From Methanocaldococcus indicus (GTDB lineage: Archaea > AGJL01 > Methanococci > Methanococcales > Methanocaldococcaceae), in assembly GCF_049554935.1 (NCBI RefSeq), contig NZ_CP186926.1:800001-864000 (forward strand): a stretch of 64,000 nt of DNA, given 5' to 3'. Position numbers and translations under genes: made by a program. Shown here in pieces: positions 30,444 through 43,612 of the stretch (the first letter of the stretch is position 1; every line of letters begins with the position of its first letter). Under the pieces are notes generated by a model, which ran no database searches, had not been told where the DNA came from, and saw nothing but the letters and a program-made list of their open reading frames with translations.

Positions 30444-30626
30444 ATGACAAAAGGTAAAAAGACAGCTAAATATAAATACTACAAAGTAGAAGGAGACAAA
30501 GTTGTAAGATTAAAAAGATTCTGTCCAAAATGTGGTCCAGGAGTATTTTTAGCAGAACATTTAAATAGATACTCTTGTGGAAGATGTGGATATATGGAAT
30601 GGAAACAACCACAAAAATCAGAATAA
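30444..30626 (+). CDS. rps27ae: 30S ribosomal protein S27ae
   Basis: [21 protein letters not shown]. Confidence 0.96.
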   Translation: MTKGKKTAKYKYYKVEGDKVVRLKRFCPKCGPGVFLAEHLNRYSCGRCGYMEWKQPQKSE

Positions 30627-30637
30627 AATAAATTTTT

Positions 30638-31618
30638 CTAATCTTCTTTTTTATAATATTCTATAGTCTTTATAGCTGAACTAACAACCATCTCTCTAAT
30701 GTTAGGAATTTCTTTTTCTAAACTATCTAAGATTTCATGGCATCTTCTTCTTATACTATCTCCTCTTTCTCTACTATATGGGCACACTTCTTTATCTTTG
30801 TAGTATTCTATTCTACACTCATCTAATGCTTTATATATATCCCTCTCTAAAATTGGGAGAAGAGGTCTTATTATTGTGCATTCCTCTAACTCTAACTTTA
30901 ATTCTTTAAAATCTACAACTCTTTTATTAAATTTTGTTATAGGTTTCATCATTTTAATTCTTTCTCCTTTAAATAAATTGGATAATATTGTATCAGAGTT
31001 ATCATCTAAATTATGTCCATAAGCAATCTTTATTTTTTCATAGGGAATATTTTCTTTCTCAGCAAGTTCTTTGGCAAACTTCCCTATTAAGTATCTTTTT
31101 ATAATTGAGCAAGAGAAACATGGAGAAAATTCCATTCCTTTGGAGTATTTAGTCAATAACTCAGAAAGATAAACAACATCTAAATCAGATTTTAAAACTA
31201 TTAAAGGAATATCTAACATATCACAATGCTCTTTAATTTTCTCTATACCTTCTTTATTCCAAGGTCTAACTCCACCAATATTTACATCTACTGTTACTGC
31301 ATAAATCTTAATACCCATTTTTCTTTTATAGCACTCTAAAAGATGCAAAAGAATTAAACTATCTTTTCCTCCACTATATCCAACTAAAATAATATCTCTT
31401 GGAGATAGAAGTTTATTTTTTGTTATAAATCTTCCAACTTTTGTAGAAATATATTCATAAGCTCTTGAATAGACAACTGGGATATTAAATATTTCTTCAA
31501 TTTTTTGTTTTTTTGTTTTTGAAAGTTTGGCATATCTCTTATTATTTATTATTATCTTATCTTTTCTGAGAGTTATAAAAAATGGATTTATATATTTTTT
31601 TAACTCTTTAATATTCAT
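30638..31618 (-). CDS. PP-loop tRNA thiolation enzyme, TtcA/TtuA family
   Basis: SGGKDS, PCFSC, GHNLDD, IIRPL, CPY. Confidence 0.85.
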   Translation of the reverse strand: MNIKELKKYINPFFITLRKDKIIINNKRYAKLSKTKKQKIEEIFNIPVVYSRAYEYISTKVGRFITKNKLLSPRDIILVGYSGGKDSLILLHLLECYKRKMGIKIYAVTVDVNIGGVRPWNKEGIEKIKEHCDMLDIPLIVLKSDLDVVYLSELLTKYSKGMEFSPCFSCSIIKRYLIGKFAKELAEKENIPYEKIKIAYGHNLDDNSDTILSNLFKGERIKMMKPITKFNKRVVDFKELKLELEECTIIRPLLPILERDIYKALDECRIEYYKDKEVCPYSRERGDSIRRRCHEILDSLEKEIPNIREMVVSSAIKTIEYYKKED

Positions 31619-32454
31619 AATATTCCCTGTTTTAATAATCCCTCATCAACTGGATTTATATCTTTATTTGTTATCTTTTTATATAATTCCCTATAATTAC
31701 AATTAACTCCCTTTCTTTTAAAGAAGTTAGTTATATTAATACAATCTCTAATCAACAAAGGATTTGCTAATGGATGTTGAATAACAACACTTTGAGAGAA
31801 ATCAATAAAAACTGGTTCATCATCTTTAACTAATATGTTGTATTCACTTAAATCTCCATGGACAAGTTCCCCCTCTTGATAGAGTTTAATCATACTTTCC
31901 TCAATAATTTTATAAAACCTATTCCAATCAACTTCAACCTCTTTTAATTTTGGAGCTGGAACTCCTCTATATCCCACAAAATCCATAACTAATATATTCT
32001 CTCTTCTAACTCTGGCCTTAGGTGCATTTATAATTTCTGAAGCTCTTTTTAAATTTCTAAATTCTTTTTCAACCCATGCATGAATTATCATTCTTCTACT
32101 ACTCTTCCTTAAATGAAATCTTGGGTCTCCTTGGATGTATTTACTCATTGTCTTAAAATCACAAGTAGCAACTCTATAAACCTTAACAGCTCTATAAAAT
32201 TTACCTTTTCTTGCTTTTATTACCACAGCTTCCTTCCCAGAGTTAATAATTCCTATATATTCAGTTAAATGCTTACCAACTAACAAATTAAATAGATTCA
32301 TTAATGTTCTTTTGTCAAATATCTCATTAGCTGTCTTTAACTCTTCTAAAAATTTTCTTTCTCTTTCTATTAATTCTTGATATTCTTTGTCTATTTTAAA
32401 TTCTTCTTTTCTTGTTAATAAATCTAAAAATTTATTATAGTCTATATTAGACAC
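31615..32454 (-). CDS. rio1: RIO1-type serine/threonine kinase
   Basis: SGKEAVV, AVKVY, WVEKEFRNL, VHGDLSEYNIL, IDFSQ; downstream of eif1a. Confidence 0.93.
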   Translation of the reverse strand: MSNIDYNKFLDLLTRKEEFKIDKEYQELIERERKFLEELKTANEIFDKRTLMNLFNLLVGKHLTEYIGIINSGKEAVVIKARKGKFYRAVKVYRVATCDFKTMSKYIQGDPRFHLRKSSRRMIIHAWVEKEFRNLKRASEIINAPKARVRRENILVMDFVGYRGVPAPKLKEVEVDWNRFYKIIEESMIKLYQEGELVHGDLSEYNILVKDDEPVFIDFSQSVVIQHPLANPLLIRDCINITNFFKRKGVNCNYRELYKKITNKDINPVDEGLLKQGIL

Positions 32455-32468
32455 CTTAAATAATTTGT

Positions 32469-32786
32469 TTATAATAATAGTTCATCTAAATAACCTTTTC
32501 TTTTTAGCCATTCTACTTGTGTTTTTGTATATCTCCAAATAATATCACACTTTTCATCTCCTTGGACTACCCAAGGTTTAACAATAACAATATCCCCCTC
32601 TTTTATCCATATTCTTCTCTTTAATCTTCCTGGAATTCTTGCTAATCTAACTTTCCCATCTAAGCATCTTACTCTCATTCTACTTGCCCCTAACATCTGC
32701 TCTACTATACCTAAAATCTCATTTTCCTCTTTATTTGGAATTCTCACTCTAATTTGTTGTTCTTGCTGTTGTTCCAAGTTTATCAC
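32469..32786 (-). CDS. eif1a: Translation initiation factor aIF-1A
   Basis: [31 protein letters not shown]. Confidence 0.96.
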   Translation of the reverse strand: MINLEQQQEQQIRVRIPNKEENEILGIVEQMLGASRMRVRCLDGKVRLARIPGRLKRRIWIKEGDIVIVKPWVVQGDEKCDIIWRYTKTQVEWLKRKGYLDELLL

Positions 32787-32931
32787 CCATACTTTGTTTT
32801 TTAGTATTTTAGAAAATATTTTATATTATTTATACCTACTAATTTCATATCTCTAAGTATTCTCTAATTTATTAAAGATAATACTTTTGTCATTAAATAA
32901 ATAATTTAATGATGTTATGGGGGATTATACT

Positions 32932-34002
32932 ATGCTATATGGTATTGTAGGAGCAGGATTGTCTGGGTCGGTAATATATTCATTATTAAAAAGAGAAGGT
33001 TTTAATATAAATATCTATGAGCCACTTTTAGTTAGAGGATGTAAAAGTTCATTATTTTTTATGAACAAAAAAGAGTATAGGTTAATAACATATTCTCTAA
33101 AAAAATGTGGTATTGACTTTAAGGACTATGTGACAAATGAAATTAATGAGATTCAAGTTGAAGATATCATAACAAACCCCAAGAAAAAAATATTTTGTGT
33201 AGATAAATCAAAATTACTTGAAGATTTAGTACCAAGAACTGTAATTATACATAGAGAGGTTTCTTTAGCATCTAACAAGTATGTAACTAAACTTTTGGAT
33301 GGTAAGATAGTTAGGGAAACTACAACAAAATCTGATTTAGATGAACCTGTTTTAATAGATGCATCAGGAGCAGCTAAGATATTAATCCCAAAATCAAATA
33401 AATATGAACAAACCATAAGAACATGTCAGTTTTTGGTTAAATCTCTAAAAAATATTGATAGAGTAATATTTGACAATATCAAAATTAAGAAAGGATACAA
33501 TATAGTTAATCATTATAGAATATATCCTGTTTCAAATGGACTATATCATATATGTACAATGCAGTATGAAAATGATGAAATAAAACTATGGAAGGATTTA
33601 GAAGATTATGGATATGAAAAACTTGGAAAATTTGAAAGAATATGTGGATGCACATTTAAAATATCTGGAAATCTTATAGATAATGGATTTATTTGTGGAA
33701 AATATAAAAATAGGTATATTTTTGGAGTTGGAGAGAGTATAGGTTTAACTGACTGTTTTGGTAATGGTAATACTTACGCAATTATTTCATCTTTTTTATT
33801 ATATAGAGCTCTAAAAAAATATGAACTTGAAAAAGCTCTTATAGCATATAAAAAAGAAATTTTAAAAATGTCCAAATATTTAGATGTTGAGAAGAAATCC
33901 ATTAGTAATTTCAATATTTTTACAATATCAAAAATACTACAATACTACTTTAATATACCATTTACATCAACAGCTAAAATATTAGTTAAATCAGTTATTT
34001 AA
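32932..34002 (+). CDS. Divergent FAD-dependent oxidoreductase (geranylgeranyl reductase-like fold)
   Basis: IVGAGLSG Rossmann motif, IDASG, GVGESIG. Confidence 0.7.
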   Translation: MLYGIVGAGLSGSVIYSLLKREGFNINIYEPLLVRGCKSSLFFMNKKEYRLITYSLKKCGIDFKDYVTNEINEIQVEDIITNPKKKIFCVDKSKLLEDLVPRTVIIHREVSLASNKYVTKLLDGKIVRETTTKSDLDEPVLIDASGAAKILIPKSNKYEQTIRTCQFLVKSLKNIDRVIFDNIKIKKGYNIVNHYRIYPVSNGLYHICTMQYENDEIKLWKDLEDYGYEKLGKFERICGCTFKISGNLIDNGFICGKYKNRYIFGVGESIGLTDCFGNGNTYAIISSFLLYRALKKYELEKALIAYKKEILKMSKYLDVEKKSISNFNIFTISKILQYYFNIPFTSTAKILVKSVI

Positions 34003-35094
<1,092 letters not shown>

Positions 35095-35100
35095 ATTTGC

Positions 35101-36027
35101 TCACTCAAATTCAATAGTTGCTGGTGGTTTATCAGTTATATCAAATACAACTCTTGCAACATTTGGGACTTCTGATGTTATTCTTTTAGATATCTTTTTT
35201 AATAAATCAAAAGGAATCTCAGGAACATGGGCAGTCATAGCATCTAAGGATTTAACCATTCTAACAGCAACTATCCAATTGTATTCTCTTTCATCTCCTT
35301 TTACACCTGTTGCTTTACAATCTAATACAGCAGCAAAGTATTGCCATAACTCTCTATCCAACCCAGCTTTTTTTACCTCTTCCTCAACAATAGCATTAGC
35401 TTCTCTACAAATGTTTAATTTTTCTTCTGTTATCTCTCCTAAAACTCTAACAGCCAAACCTGGCCCAGGGAATGGTTGTCTATAAACAATACTATCAGGA
35501 AGTCCTAACTCCTTAGCTAAAACTCTTACTTCATCTTTATAAAGTTCTCTCAATGGCTCAACAACTTCCAAAACCATTCCAGATGGAAGAGCTATATTAT
35601 GGTGACTCTTAATTTTCCCTTCTGTTTCTATCCAATCCGGAGCAATAGTCCCTTGAACTAAAACCTCTGCTCCAATATCCTTAGCTACTTCTTCAAAAAT
35701 TCTAATAAAGAGTTCTCCAATAATCTTCCTTTTTTCTTCTGGGTCCTTAACTCCTTTTAAAGCTTCTAAAAATTTATCTTTTGCATCAATAACAATTAAA
35801 TTTAGTTTATCTTTAAAAGCTTTTTCTACCTCTTCTCTTTCACCTTTTCTCATTAATCCAGTATCAACAAAAACAGCTGTTAAATTGTCTCCAATTGCTT
35901 TACTTGTCAATAAAGCAGCAACAGAACTATCTACTCCTCCACTTAATGCAATTATTGCTTTCCTATTTCCTATTTGTTTTTTTATTTCTTCTATACTCTC
36001 ATTTATAAATTCTTTTGGATTGAACAT
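35101..36027 (-). CDS. guaAB: GMP synthase subunit B (ATP pyrophosphatase)
   Basis: [32 protein letters not shown]. Confidence 0.95.
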   Translation of the reverse strand: MFNPKEFINESIEEIKKQIGNRKAIIALSGGVDSSVAALLTSKAIGDNLTAVFVDTGLMRKGEREEVEKAFKDKLNLIVIDAKDKFLEALKGVKDPEEKRKIIGELFIRIFEEVAKDIGAEVLVQGTIAPDWIETEGKIKSHHNIALPSGMVLEVVEPLRELYKDEVRVLAKELGLPDSIVYRQPFPGPGLAVRVLGEITEEKLNICREANAIVEEEVKKAGLDRELWQYFAAVLDCKATGVKGDEREYNWIVAVRMVKSLDAMTAHVPEIPFDLLKKISKRITSEVPNVARVVFDITDKPPATIEFE

Positions 36028-36030
36028 AGT

Positions 36031-36339
36031 TTATTCCTCCTTTAAATCTCCTCTACATGCTTTTAAATGTTTTAAAGCATTCTCTTCAAATTTTTCAGCT
36101 AAATTTTTTGGGCAATTTATCTCTTCTGATAGATATTTAGCTAAGCAAGTAGCTAACAACAAAATAGCTGCTTTTTGCTCACATTTTAATCTATATATGT
36201 GGTGTGGCTTAACATTTAATTTCTCATACAACTCTAAAATTTTTTTACAGTCATCAGATTCTTTAAAGTCATCTGGAACAATTTCATTTATAGTATATAT
36301 AAAGAATTGATGCAATCTCATTAGCTGCTCTTTATGCAT
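36031..36339 (-). CDS. UPF0058 family protein
   Basis: MHKEQLMRLH...YEKLNVKPHHI..K.EQK.AI. Confidence 0.8.
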   Translation of the reverse strand: MHKEQLMRLHQFFIYTINEIVPDDFKESDDCKKILELYEKLNVKPHHIYRLKCEQKAAILLLATCLAKYLSEEINCPKNLAEKFEENALKHLKACRGDLKEE

Positions 36340-36481
36340 TTGAATAACCTTTAATATTTTTAGACTTAAACTATATATGTCAAAAATTAATAATTTTTTC
36401 GGTTAATTAAAAATTTCTAATTATCCATTAACTTTATATAATAAATTCCTTAACTTTAATATAATAAATTGTGTGGTGATT

Positions 36482-36814
36482 ATGTCATTTTTTCAGATTG
36501 TAGGGAAGAAAGGATGTATTGAAGTACTTTACAAAATTAAAGATGGAATTAATACATTTACACTTATAAAGAATAAGTTAGATTCTGAAGGTTTAAATCT
36601 TAGTACAAGAACACTATCAGAGAGGTTATCTGACTTAGAAAGGGAAGGTCTTATAAAAAAAATTCAAAATAAATATATCCTAACAAAAAAAGGAGAAGAA
36701 GCATTAGAAATTATAGAGTATATAATAGAATGGGAAAAAAGATGGGAAGAAGTAAAACTACCTAAAATTATTGTTAGTATGCTTGGAGATATATCCTCAG
36801 GTGAGAACAAATGA
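36482..36814 (+). CDS. HxlR-like winged-helix transcription regulator
   Basis: STRTLSERLSDLEREGLIKK...YILTKKG. Confidence 0.85.
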   Translation: MSFFQIVGKKGCIEVLYKIKDGINTFTLIKNKLDSEGLNLSTRTLSERLSDLEREGLIKKIQNKYILTKKGEEALEIIEYIIEWEKRWEEVKLPKIIVSMLGDISSGENK

Positions 36815-37572
36815 AGATTATAACATTTGGAATAGCAAAAGGAGGGACTGGAAAGACACTAATAACTGCTAATGTGGCATTAGCATTAGCTAATAGAAAT
36901 AAAAAAGTCCTCTTAATTGATTGTGATATTGGTTCAAAATCATTAACATATATATTTGATGTTAAGCCAAAATATACTCTATCAGAGGTTATAAATAAAA
37001 AAGAAAATATAAAAAAGGCAATTTATCCAACAAAATACAACAATATTGACATTATTTTAATGGGAGAGTCATTAGATGATTATGTAAATTTAAATATAGA
37101 TTTAGTTGATGAGATGAGTAAGTTGGATTATGACTATATCTTAATTGATGCACCAGCTACTTCAACAGGGATAGAGACATATATCTCATTAGGATTATCA
37201 GATTACTTTATTCCTGTTATTGACTATAATGCATTATCTCCAAGCCTACAGGGAGCAATAAATACTTTGATTATTGGAAAGAATTATTTGGAATGTAATC
37301 CAGCAGGATTTATTATAAACAATGCTGGAAATATACCAGAGTCAATAATAAAGGATATTGAGAAAATTTTAGGGGTTGAATGTATTGTAACAATCCCAAA
37401 ATTGTTAGTTTTAGAGCAGGCATATGAAAAGAAGATAATCCCATATAAATACAGTAGAGATTTTGGAAAATTAATAGATAAGATAGCAGATAAATTAGAG
37501 GAGTTAGAAGATATCAAAAAAAGAGGCCTACCAGAAGTTTTAAAAAAGATAAATGAAAATATCTTATTCTAA
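36811..37572 (+). CDS. MinD/ParA family ATPase
   Basis: Deviant Walker A KGGTGKT, LIDCD, DYILIDAPA. Confidence 0.88.
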   Translation: MKIITFGIAKGGTGKTLITANVALALANRNKKVLLIDCDIGSKSLTYIFDVKPKYTLSEVINKKENIKKAIYPTKYNNIDIILMGESLDDYVNLNIDLVDEMSKLDYDYILIDAPATSTGIETYISLGLSDYFIPVIDYNALSPSLQGAINTLIIGKNYLECNPAGFIINNAGNIPESIIKDIEKILGVECIVTIPKLLVLEQAYEKKIIPYKYSRDFGKLIDKIADKLEELEDIKKRGLPEVLKKINENILF

Positions 37573-37583
37573 GGAGGAGATAA

Positions 37584-38192
37584 ATGAAGAAGTTGATAGT
37601 TATTGACTTTGACAGTACATTGGTTAATAATGAGACAATAGATGAATTAGCTAAAGAGGCAAATAAAGAGAAGGAAATTAAAGAGATAACTAAGTTGGCT
37701 ATGAATGGAAAGATAGATTATAGAGATTCTTTAATTAAGAGAGTTGAACTAATAAAAGGGTTAGATTTGGAGAAAGTTAATAGAGCAATAAGTAGGATAA
37801 CACTAACAAAAGGAGCAGAAGATGCAATAAAGGAATTAAAAAAAAGAGGTTATATTGTAGCTGTTGTTAGTGGTGGTTTTGATATTGCAATAAAAAAATT
37901 TAAAGATTTAGGAATTGACTATATTATAGCAAATGAACTAATTTTAAAAGACAATAAAGTTGTTGGAGTAAAAGAGAAAGTTATTGACAAAGGGAAAATT
38001 ATAGATAAACTTATGAAAAAAGAGAAAATAGATAAAGATAACATTGTTGTTGTTGGTGATGGAGCTAATGATTTAAGCATGTTTAAAAAAGCTGGATTGA
38101 GGATAGCTTTTTGTGCAAAACCTATATTAAAGAAGGAAGCAGACATAATTATTGAAAATAGAGATTTGAGGGAGATTTTAAAGTATGTTTAA
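37584..38192 (+). CDS. serB: Phosphoserine phosphatase
   Basis: [30 protein letters not shown]. Confidence 0.95.
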   Translation: MKKLIVIDFDSTLVNNETIDELAKEANKEKEIKEITKLAMNGKIDYRDSLIKRVELIKGLDLEKVNRAISRITLTKGAEDAIKELKKRGYIVAVVSGGFDIAIKKFKDLGIDYIIANELILKDNKVVGVKEKVIDKGKIIDKLMKKEKIDKDNIVVVGDGANDLSMFKKAGLRIAFCAKPILKKEADIIIENRDLREILKYV

Positions 38193-38985
38193 ACATAAAA
38201 AAAAGTTAGGGCAGTGTTTTTTAAAAGATAAAAATTTTGTATATAAAGCAGTTGAATCTGCTAATATAACAGATAAAGATGTTGTTTTAGAAATAGGTTT
38301 GGGAAAGGGAATTTTAACAGAAGAACTTGCTAAAAGAGCAAAAAAAGTTTATGTTATTGAATTGGATAAATCTTTAGAGAGATATGCAAATAATCTAAAA
38401 GAAAGATATAGCAATATTGAGATAATTTGGAATGATGCTCTTAAAGTAAATTTAAATAAATTAGATTTTAATAAAGTTGTTGCTAACTTACCATATCAAA
38501 TTTCTTCTCCAATAACTTTTAAATTGTTAGATAGAGGTTTTGATTTAGCTGTTTTAATGTATCAATTAGAGTTTGCAAATAGAATGGTTGCAAAAGAAGG
38601 AACAAAAGACTATGGAAGATTAACTGTTGCTGTGCAATCTCTTGCTGATGTAGAATTATTATGTAAAGTTCCTCCATCAGCATTCTATCCAAAACCAAAA
38701 GTATCATCAGCATTAGTAAAAATAACTCCAAGAGAAAAGTATAAAATAGAGAATAAAGAATTTTTCAAAAAATTTTTAAGAGCTATTTTTCAACATAGAA
38801 ACAAATCACTAAGAAAAAGTTTAATTGACTCATCCAAAGAGTTTGGATTAGAAAAAAGTGAAATAAGAGAGATATTAGAAAAATTTATAAAAGAGGAGAA
38901 TGTTGATTTATCAAAGAAAGTTTTTTGTTATTCTGCTCCTGAACTTATTGAGATTTCTAACAAGTTAAGTAGGTATATAGAATGA
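38185..38985 (+). CDS. rsmA: 16S rRNA m62A dimethyltransferase
   Basis: [30 protein letters not shown]. Confidence 0.95.
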   Translation: MFKHKKKLGQCFLKDKNFVYKAVESANITDKDVVLEIGLGKGILTEELAKRAKKVYVIELDKSLERYANNLKERYSNIEIIWNDALKVNLNKLDFNKVVANLPYQISSPITFKLLDRGFDLAVLMYQLEFANRMVAKEGTKDYGRLTVAVQSLADVELLCKVPPSAFYPKPKVSSALVKITPREKYKIENKEFFKKFLRAIFQHRNKSLRKSLIDSSKEFGLEKSEIREILEKFIKEENVDLSKKVFCYSAPELIEISNKLSRYIE

Positions 38986-39437
38986 TTGTTGTAGTTGGTG
39001 GGACATTTGATAAACTCCATAAAGGACATAAAGAACTATTAAAATTTGCCTCAAAATTAGGAAAAAAATTGGTTGTAGGAATAACATCTGATGAATTTGC
39101 TAAAACATACAAAAAACATGAAATTGAACCTCTCACAATAAGAGTAAAAAATCTTAAAAAATTTTTAGATAGTGAAAATATAAACTATGAAATAAAAATT
39201 ATTGATAATCCTTTTGGAGATACTGTTGAGAATAAGAACTATGATATAATTGTAGTGACAGAAGAAACACTAAAAAATGCTAAAAAAATTAATGAATTAA
39301 GGATAAAAAAAGGACTAAAACCTTTAAAAATTGTTATTTTTGATTATATATTAGCTGAAAATGGAAAACCTATATCATCTACAAGAATAAGAAAAAAAGA
39401 GATAGATAGGAATGGAAAAGTTTATTCTCCTTTATAA
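38982..39437 (+). CDS. coaD: Phosphopantetheine adenylyltransferase
   Basis: [25 protein letters not shown]. Confidence 0.92.
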   Translation: MIVVVGGTFDKLHKGHKELLKFASKLGKKLVVGITSDEFAKTYKKHEIEPLTIRVKNLKKFLDSENINYEIKIIDNPFGDTVENKNYDIIVVTEETLKNAKKINELRIKKGLKPLKIVIFDYILAENGKPISSTRIRKKEIDRNGKVYSPL

Positions 39438-40915
39438 TCCTTCATAATTTCACTTATATACATACTTAAACCACTAACAGCAGCAACAACTTCCTTTTTT
39501 CTTTCAAATACTTTGTCAGATAGAACTTTATACATATCTACAGTTTCAGCAACATATTTTTTGACCTTTGGCATCAATACAGATTTATGTTTTTCTATAT
39601 AGTGAGTAGATAAATTACCTTTTATAAAGTCCTCTTCTTCCATAATTGCTCTATGTAATGGAATATTTGTTTTTACTCCAATTATAACATACTCTTTTAA
39701 TGCCCTTCTCATCCTTGCTATTGCCTCTTCTCTATCTCTCCCATAGGTTATTAGCTTGGCTATTAAAGAATCATAGTATGGTGGTATCTCAACACCTCCA
39801 TGAGCTCCACTATCAATTCTAACTCCTGGCCCTCCTGGAGACCTATATAACCTAATCTTTCCTGGTGAAGGAACAAAGTCATTTAATGGGTCTTCTGCAT
39901 TTATCCTACATTGTATTGCATGCCCTCTAAATTCTATATCATCTTGTTTTAATGTTAATTTTTCTCCATCAGCCACTTTTATCATTGCCTTAACTAAATC
40001 AATTCCAGTTATTTGTTCTGTTACTGTGTGCTCAACTTGAATTCTTGTATTCATCTCTAAAAAATAGAATTTACCATCTTGGTATAGAAATTCCATAGTT
40101 CCTACACTATCATAATCAATTGCTTTAGCCCCTTTCTTAGCAGCTTCTCCCATTATTTCTCTCATTTCTTCATCAATTATTGGAGATGGGGCTTCTTCAA
40201 TTAATTTCTGTCTTCTTCTTTGTATAGAACATTCTCTTTCTCCTAAATGGACAATATTTCCATATTTATCAGCTAAGATTTGAATCTCTATATGTCTTGG
40301 ATTGTCTAAATATTTCTCAATAAATATTGTTGGGTCTCCAAATGCATTTTTAGCTAATGTCCTTGCAGATTCTATAACCTCCATTAACTCTTCCTTGTTG
40401 TGAGCAATACTTATACCAATCCCACCTCCACCAGCAGATGCTTTAACAGCAACAGGAAAACCTATTTGTTCAGCTATTTCAATTGCCTCATCTACATTCT
40501 CCACAGCCCCATCACTACCTGGAATTGTTGGAACTCCTGCCTTTTGCATAATCTTCTTAGCATTTATCTTACTTCCCATAGCTTCAATTGCATCTGGATG
40601 TGGCCCAATCCAGGTAAAACCTCTTTTCACCACTTCTCTTGCAAACTTAGCATTTTCAGCTAAAAAACCATATCCAGGATGTATAGCATCTACACCAGCT
40701 TTTTCAGCAACATTTAAAATAGCTTCCATATTTAAATAACTCTTAATAGCAGGAGCTTCTCCAATACAATAAGCTTCATCTGCCAAAGAAACATGTAAAG
40801 ATTTTCTATCTGCTTCAGAATAAACTGCTACTGTCTTAATCCCCAACTCCCAGCAAGCTCTTACAACCCTTATTGCTATTTCTCCCCTATTTGCAATTAA
40901 AACTTTTTCAAACAT
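39422..40915 (-). CDS. pycA: Pyruvate carboxylase subunit A (biotin carboxylase)
   Basis: [39 protein letters not shown]. Confidence 0.95.
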   Translation of the reverse strand: MFEKVLIANRGEIAIRVVRACWELGIKTVAVYSEADRKSLHVSLADEAYCIGEAPAIKSYLNMEAILNVAEKAGVDAIHPGYGFLAENAKFAREVVKRGFTWIGPHPDAIEAMGSKINAKKIMQKAGVPTIPGSDGAVENVDEAIEIAEQIGFPVAVKASAGGGGIGISIAHNKEELMEVIESARTLAKNAFGDPTIFIEKYLDNPRHIEIQILADKYGNIVHLGERECSIQRRRQKLIEEAPSPIIDEEMREIMGEAAKKGAKAIDYDSVGTMEFLYQDGKFYFLEMNTRIQVEHTVTEQITGIDLVKAMIKVADGEKLTLKQDDIEFRGHAIQCRINAEDPLNDFVPSPGKIRLYRSPGGPGVRIDSGAHGGVEIPPYYDSLIAKLITYGRDREEAIARMRRALKEYVIIGVKTNIPLHRAIMEEEDFIKGNLSTHYIEKHKSVLMPKVKKYVAETVDMYKVLSDKVFERKKEVVAAVSGLSMYISEIMKDYKGE

Positions 40916-41027
40916 AAATATTCACCATCTATCATTCAATAAATTCTGTATAAAAATCAAAGTTCTTCAATTGGACTTAAAAATAAAATTTCAAAAATTT
41001 TTATATTTACATAAAAAATTAAATTAA

Positions 41028-42731
41028 TTATTTAATAATCATAATAACATCTCCAATATTCACAGTTTCTCCTTCCTCAATTAATATTTTTTCTACTATA
41101 CCATCTCTTGGGCTTTCAATTGGATGCTCCATTTTCATAGCTTCTACAATAGCTATAATATCTCCTTTTTTAACTGTATCTCCTTCTTTAACTTTAATTT
41201 TAGTTATCATACCTTTAACAGGAGATGTAACAGCTCCTTCAATATCTGCTTTAATTACCTCTCTCTTTCTCTTCAATTCTGTTCCTATTTTTGGCTCTAT
41301 TTTAACTTCAAATCTTTCTCCATCTACTTCAACAATATACTCTGTTGGAATATCTAAAATCTTCTCTATTTTCTTAGGTTGAGGTATAGGCTCAGCTTTT
41401 AATTCTCCTCTTAAAAACTTAACAGCTATTTGTGGGAACAATGCATAAGTTAATATATCTTCCTCTTTCTTAACAATTCCTAATTTTTCAGCCTCTTCTT
41501 TAACTTTTTCCCATTCTGGTTCTAATAAATCTGCTGGTCTGCAAGTAATTGGTTTTTCATCTTCATCTAAAACTCTTTTTAACAACTCCTTACTTATTGG
41601 AGCTGGTGGTTTTCCATATAATCCTTTAACATACTGAGCTACTTCATTAGTTATAATCTTATATCTTTCCCCAGTTAATACATTCATTACTGCCTGAGTT
41701 CCAACAATTTGAGAGATAGGGGTTACTAATGGTGGATATCCTAAATCTTTTCTTACTCTTGGAACTTCTTCTAAAACTTCATTTAATTTATCTAAAGCTC
41801 CTTGCTCTTTTAGTTGTGAGATTAGATTTGTGAGCATACCTCCTGGAATTTGGTAGTAGAGAGCTTTAGCATCTGGAATAAGTGCATGGTCTGGAATAAG
41901 AGCTTTATATTTCTCTCTAATTTTTAAGAAATAGTCTCTAATTTCTAAAAGTAAATCTAAATCTAAGTTAGTATCATACTTAGTTCCTTTTAAAGCTGCA
42001 ACTAAACTCTCAGTTGGGAAGTGAGATGTTCCCATAGATAGAGGAGATATAGCTGTATGAACAATATCTACTCCTGATTCAATTGCTTTCATTAATGAAA
42101 GTGGAGCTAATCCACATGTGCAATGGCTATGGAACTTAATAGGAAGTCCAACTTCTTTCTTTAAAGCTTTAATTAATTTTTCTGTTTCATAAGGAGTTAA
42201 TAATCCTGCCATATCTTTAATATCAATTACATCAACTTCTAAATTAGCCAATTCTTTTGCAAATTCTACAAACTTCTCAACTGTATGGACAGGACTTATG
42301 GTATAACATATACATCCATGAACTTCTGCACCTAATTTTTTAGCAGTTTTTATAGCTGTTTCCATATTTCTAATATCATTTAATGCATCAAAAATCCTAA
42401 ATATGTCTATTCCATTCTCCACAGCTTTTTCTATAAATTTTTCAACTATATCATCAGGATAGTGCCTATATCCAACTAAATTTTGTCCTCTTAAAAGCAT
42501 CTCCAAAGGTGTTTCTTTAATTTTTGATTTTAATGCCCTTAACCTTTCCCATGGGTCTTCATTTAAGTATCTTATACAGACATCAAAAGTAGCACCACCC
42601 CAAACTTCCATAGAGTAAAAACCTACTTCATCCATTTTCTCTGCAATAGGTAACATATCTTCTGTTCTTAACCTTGTAGCCATTAATGACTGTTGAGCAT
42701 CCCTAAATGTAACATCTGTTATTTTAACCAT
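41028..42731 (-). CDS. pycB: Pyruvate carboxylase subunit B
   Basis: RDAQQSL, WGGATFD, IKDMAG, IPGGM, biotin site EAMKM. Confidence 0.95.
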   Translation of the reverse strand: MVKITDVTFRDAQQSLMATRLRTEDMLPIAEKMDEVGFYSMEVWGGATFDVCIRYLNEDPWERLRALKSKIKETPLEMLLRGQNLVGYRHYPDDIVEKFIEKAVENGIDIFRIFDALNDIRNMETAIKTAKKLGAEVHGCICYTISPVHTVEKFVEFAKELANLEVDVIDIKDMAGLLTPYETEKLIKALKKEVGLPIKFHSHCTCGLAPLSLMKAIESGVDIVHTAISPLSMGTSHFPTESLVAALKGTKYDTNLDLDLLLEIRDYFLKIREKYKALIPDHALIPDAKALYYQIPGGMLTNLISQLKEQGALDKLNEVLEEVPRVRKDLGYPPLVTPISQIVGTQAVMNVLTGERYKIITNEVAQYVKGLYGKPPAPISKELLKRVLDEDEKPITCRPADLLEPEWEKVKEEAEKLGIVKKEEDILTYALFPQIAVKFLRGELKAEPIPQPKKIEKILDIPTEYIVEVDGERFEVKIEPKIGTELKRKREVIKADIEGAVTSPVKGMITKIKVKEGDTVKKGDIIAIVEAMKMEHPIESPRDGIVEKILIEEGETVNIGDVIMIIK

Positions 42732-42849
42732 ACTATCCCCTACTAATTTTCTTAAATCAACAAAAAGAGATATTGTTAAAATTTTTGTAGTAAATATTAT
42801 ATATAAGTTATTATCTAATTTTTCACATATGTGATAAAATGGTGATATA

Positions 42850-43611
42850 TTGAATATAAAAATTGTTGTAGATAATATAACCTATACAGGATTAATAGGG
42901 GAGCATGGTTTATCTATAATTTTGGAAGATGACAAATATAAAATTTTATTTGACACTGGAAAAAGTGCAGAAGTTTTAGAGAATAATTTAAAGATGTTAG
43001 GTGAAAATAAAAAATTTGATTATATTGTTTTATCTCATGGGCACTATGACCATTGTAATGGTTTAAAATATATTATTAGAGAGAAGTTATATAACAAAAT
43101 ATTTGTTGGTGAGGGTAGTTTAATAGATAGATTTTATAATGGAAAATATATTGGAATAGCCAATGAGATAAAAGAGTTTTTAAAAAAAGAAGCTATATTT
43201 ATAGACAATCATATTAAAATAGATAATGATTTTTATATATTTAAGATAAATGAAAGAGAGTTCTGTTATGAGCCAGAGAATTTTGTTGATAAAGATGGAA
43301 ATATTGACTTAGTGTTAGATGAGATAGCCCTCTATTATAGAGGAGTTTTATTAACAGGATGTTCTCATTCTGGAATTATAAATGTTATTGAAACTGCTAA
43401 ACAATTTGGAGATATTAAATTTGTTGTAGGAGGTTTCCATTTGATAAATTCATCAGATAATTATTTAGATTTAGTTTATAACTATCTAAAACATCAAGAT
43501 TTTAATTTTATGCCTCTCCATTGTACTGGTTTTTATGCAATATCCAAGTTATCAAACTTAAAGAATTTTGTTTTAGGATATAGTGGTAAGATATTAAAGT
43601 TAGAGGGTTAA
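42850..43611 (+). CDS. MBL-fold metallo-hydrolase (archaeal dihydropteroate synthase-like family)
   Basis: EHGLS, LFDTG, SHGHYDH, GCSHSG, GGFHL, HCTG. Confidence 0.85.
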   Translation: MNIKIVVDNITYTGLIGEHGLSIILEDDKYKILFDTGKSAEVLENNLKMLGENKKFDYIVLSHGHYDHCNGLKYIIREKLYNKIFVGEGSLIDRFYNGKYIGIANEIKEFLKKEAIFIDNHIKIDNDFYIFKINEREFCYEPENFVDKDGNIDLVLDEIALYYRGVLLTGCSHSGIINVIETAKQFGDIKFVVGGFHLINSSDNYLDLVYNYLKHQDFNFMPLHCTGFYAISKLSNLKNFVLGYSGKILKLEG

Positions 43612-43612
43612 T

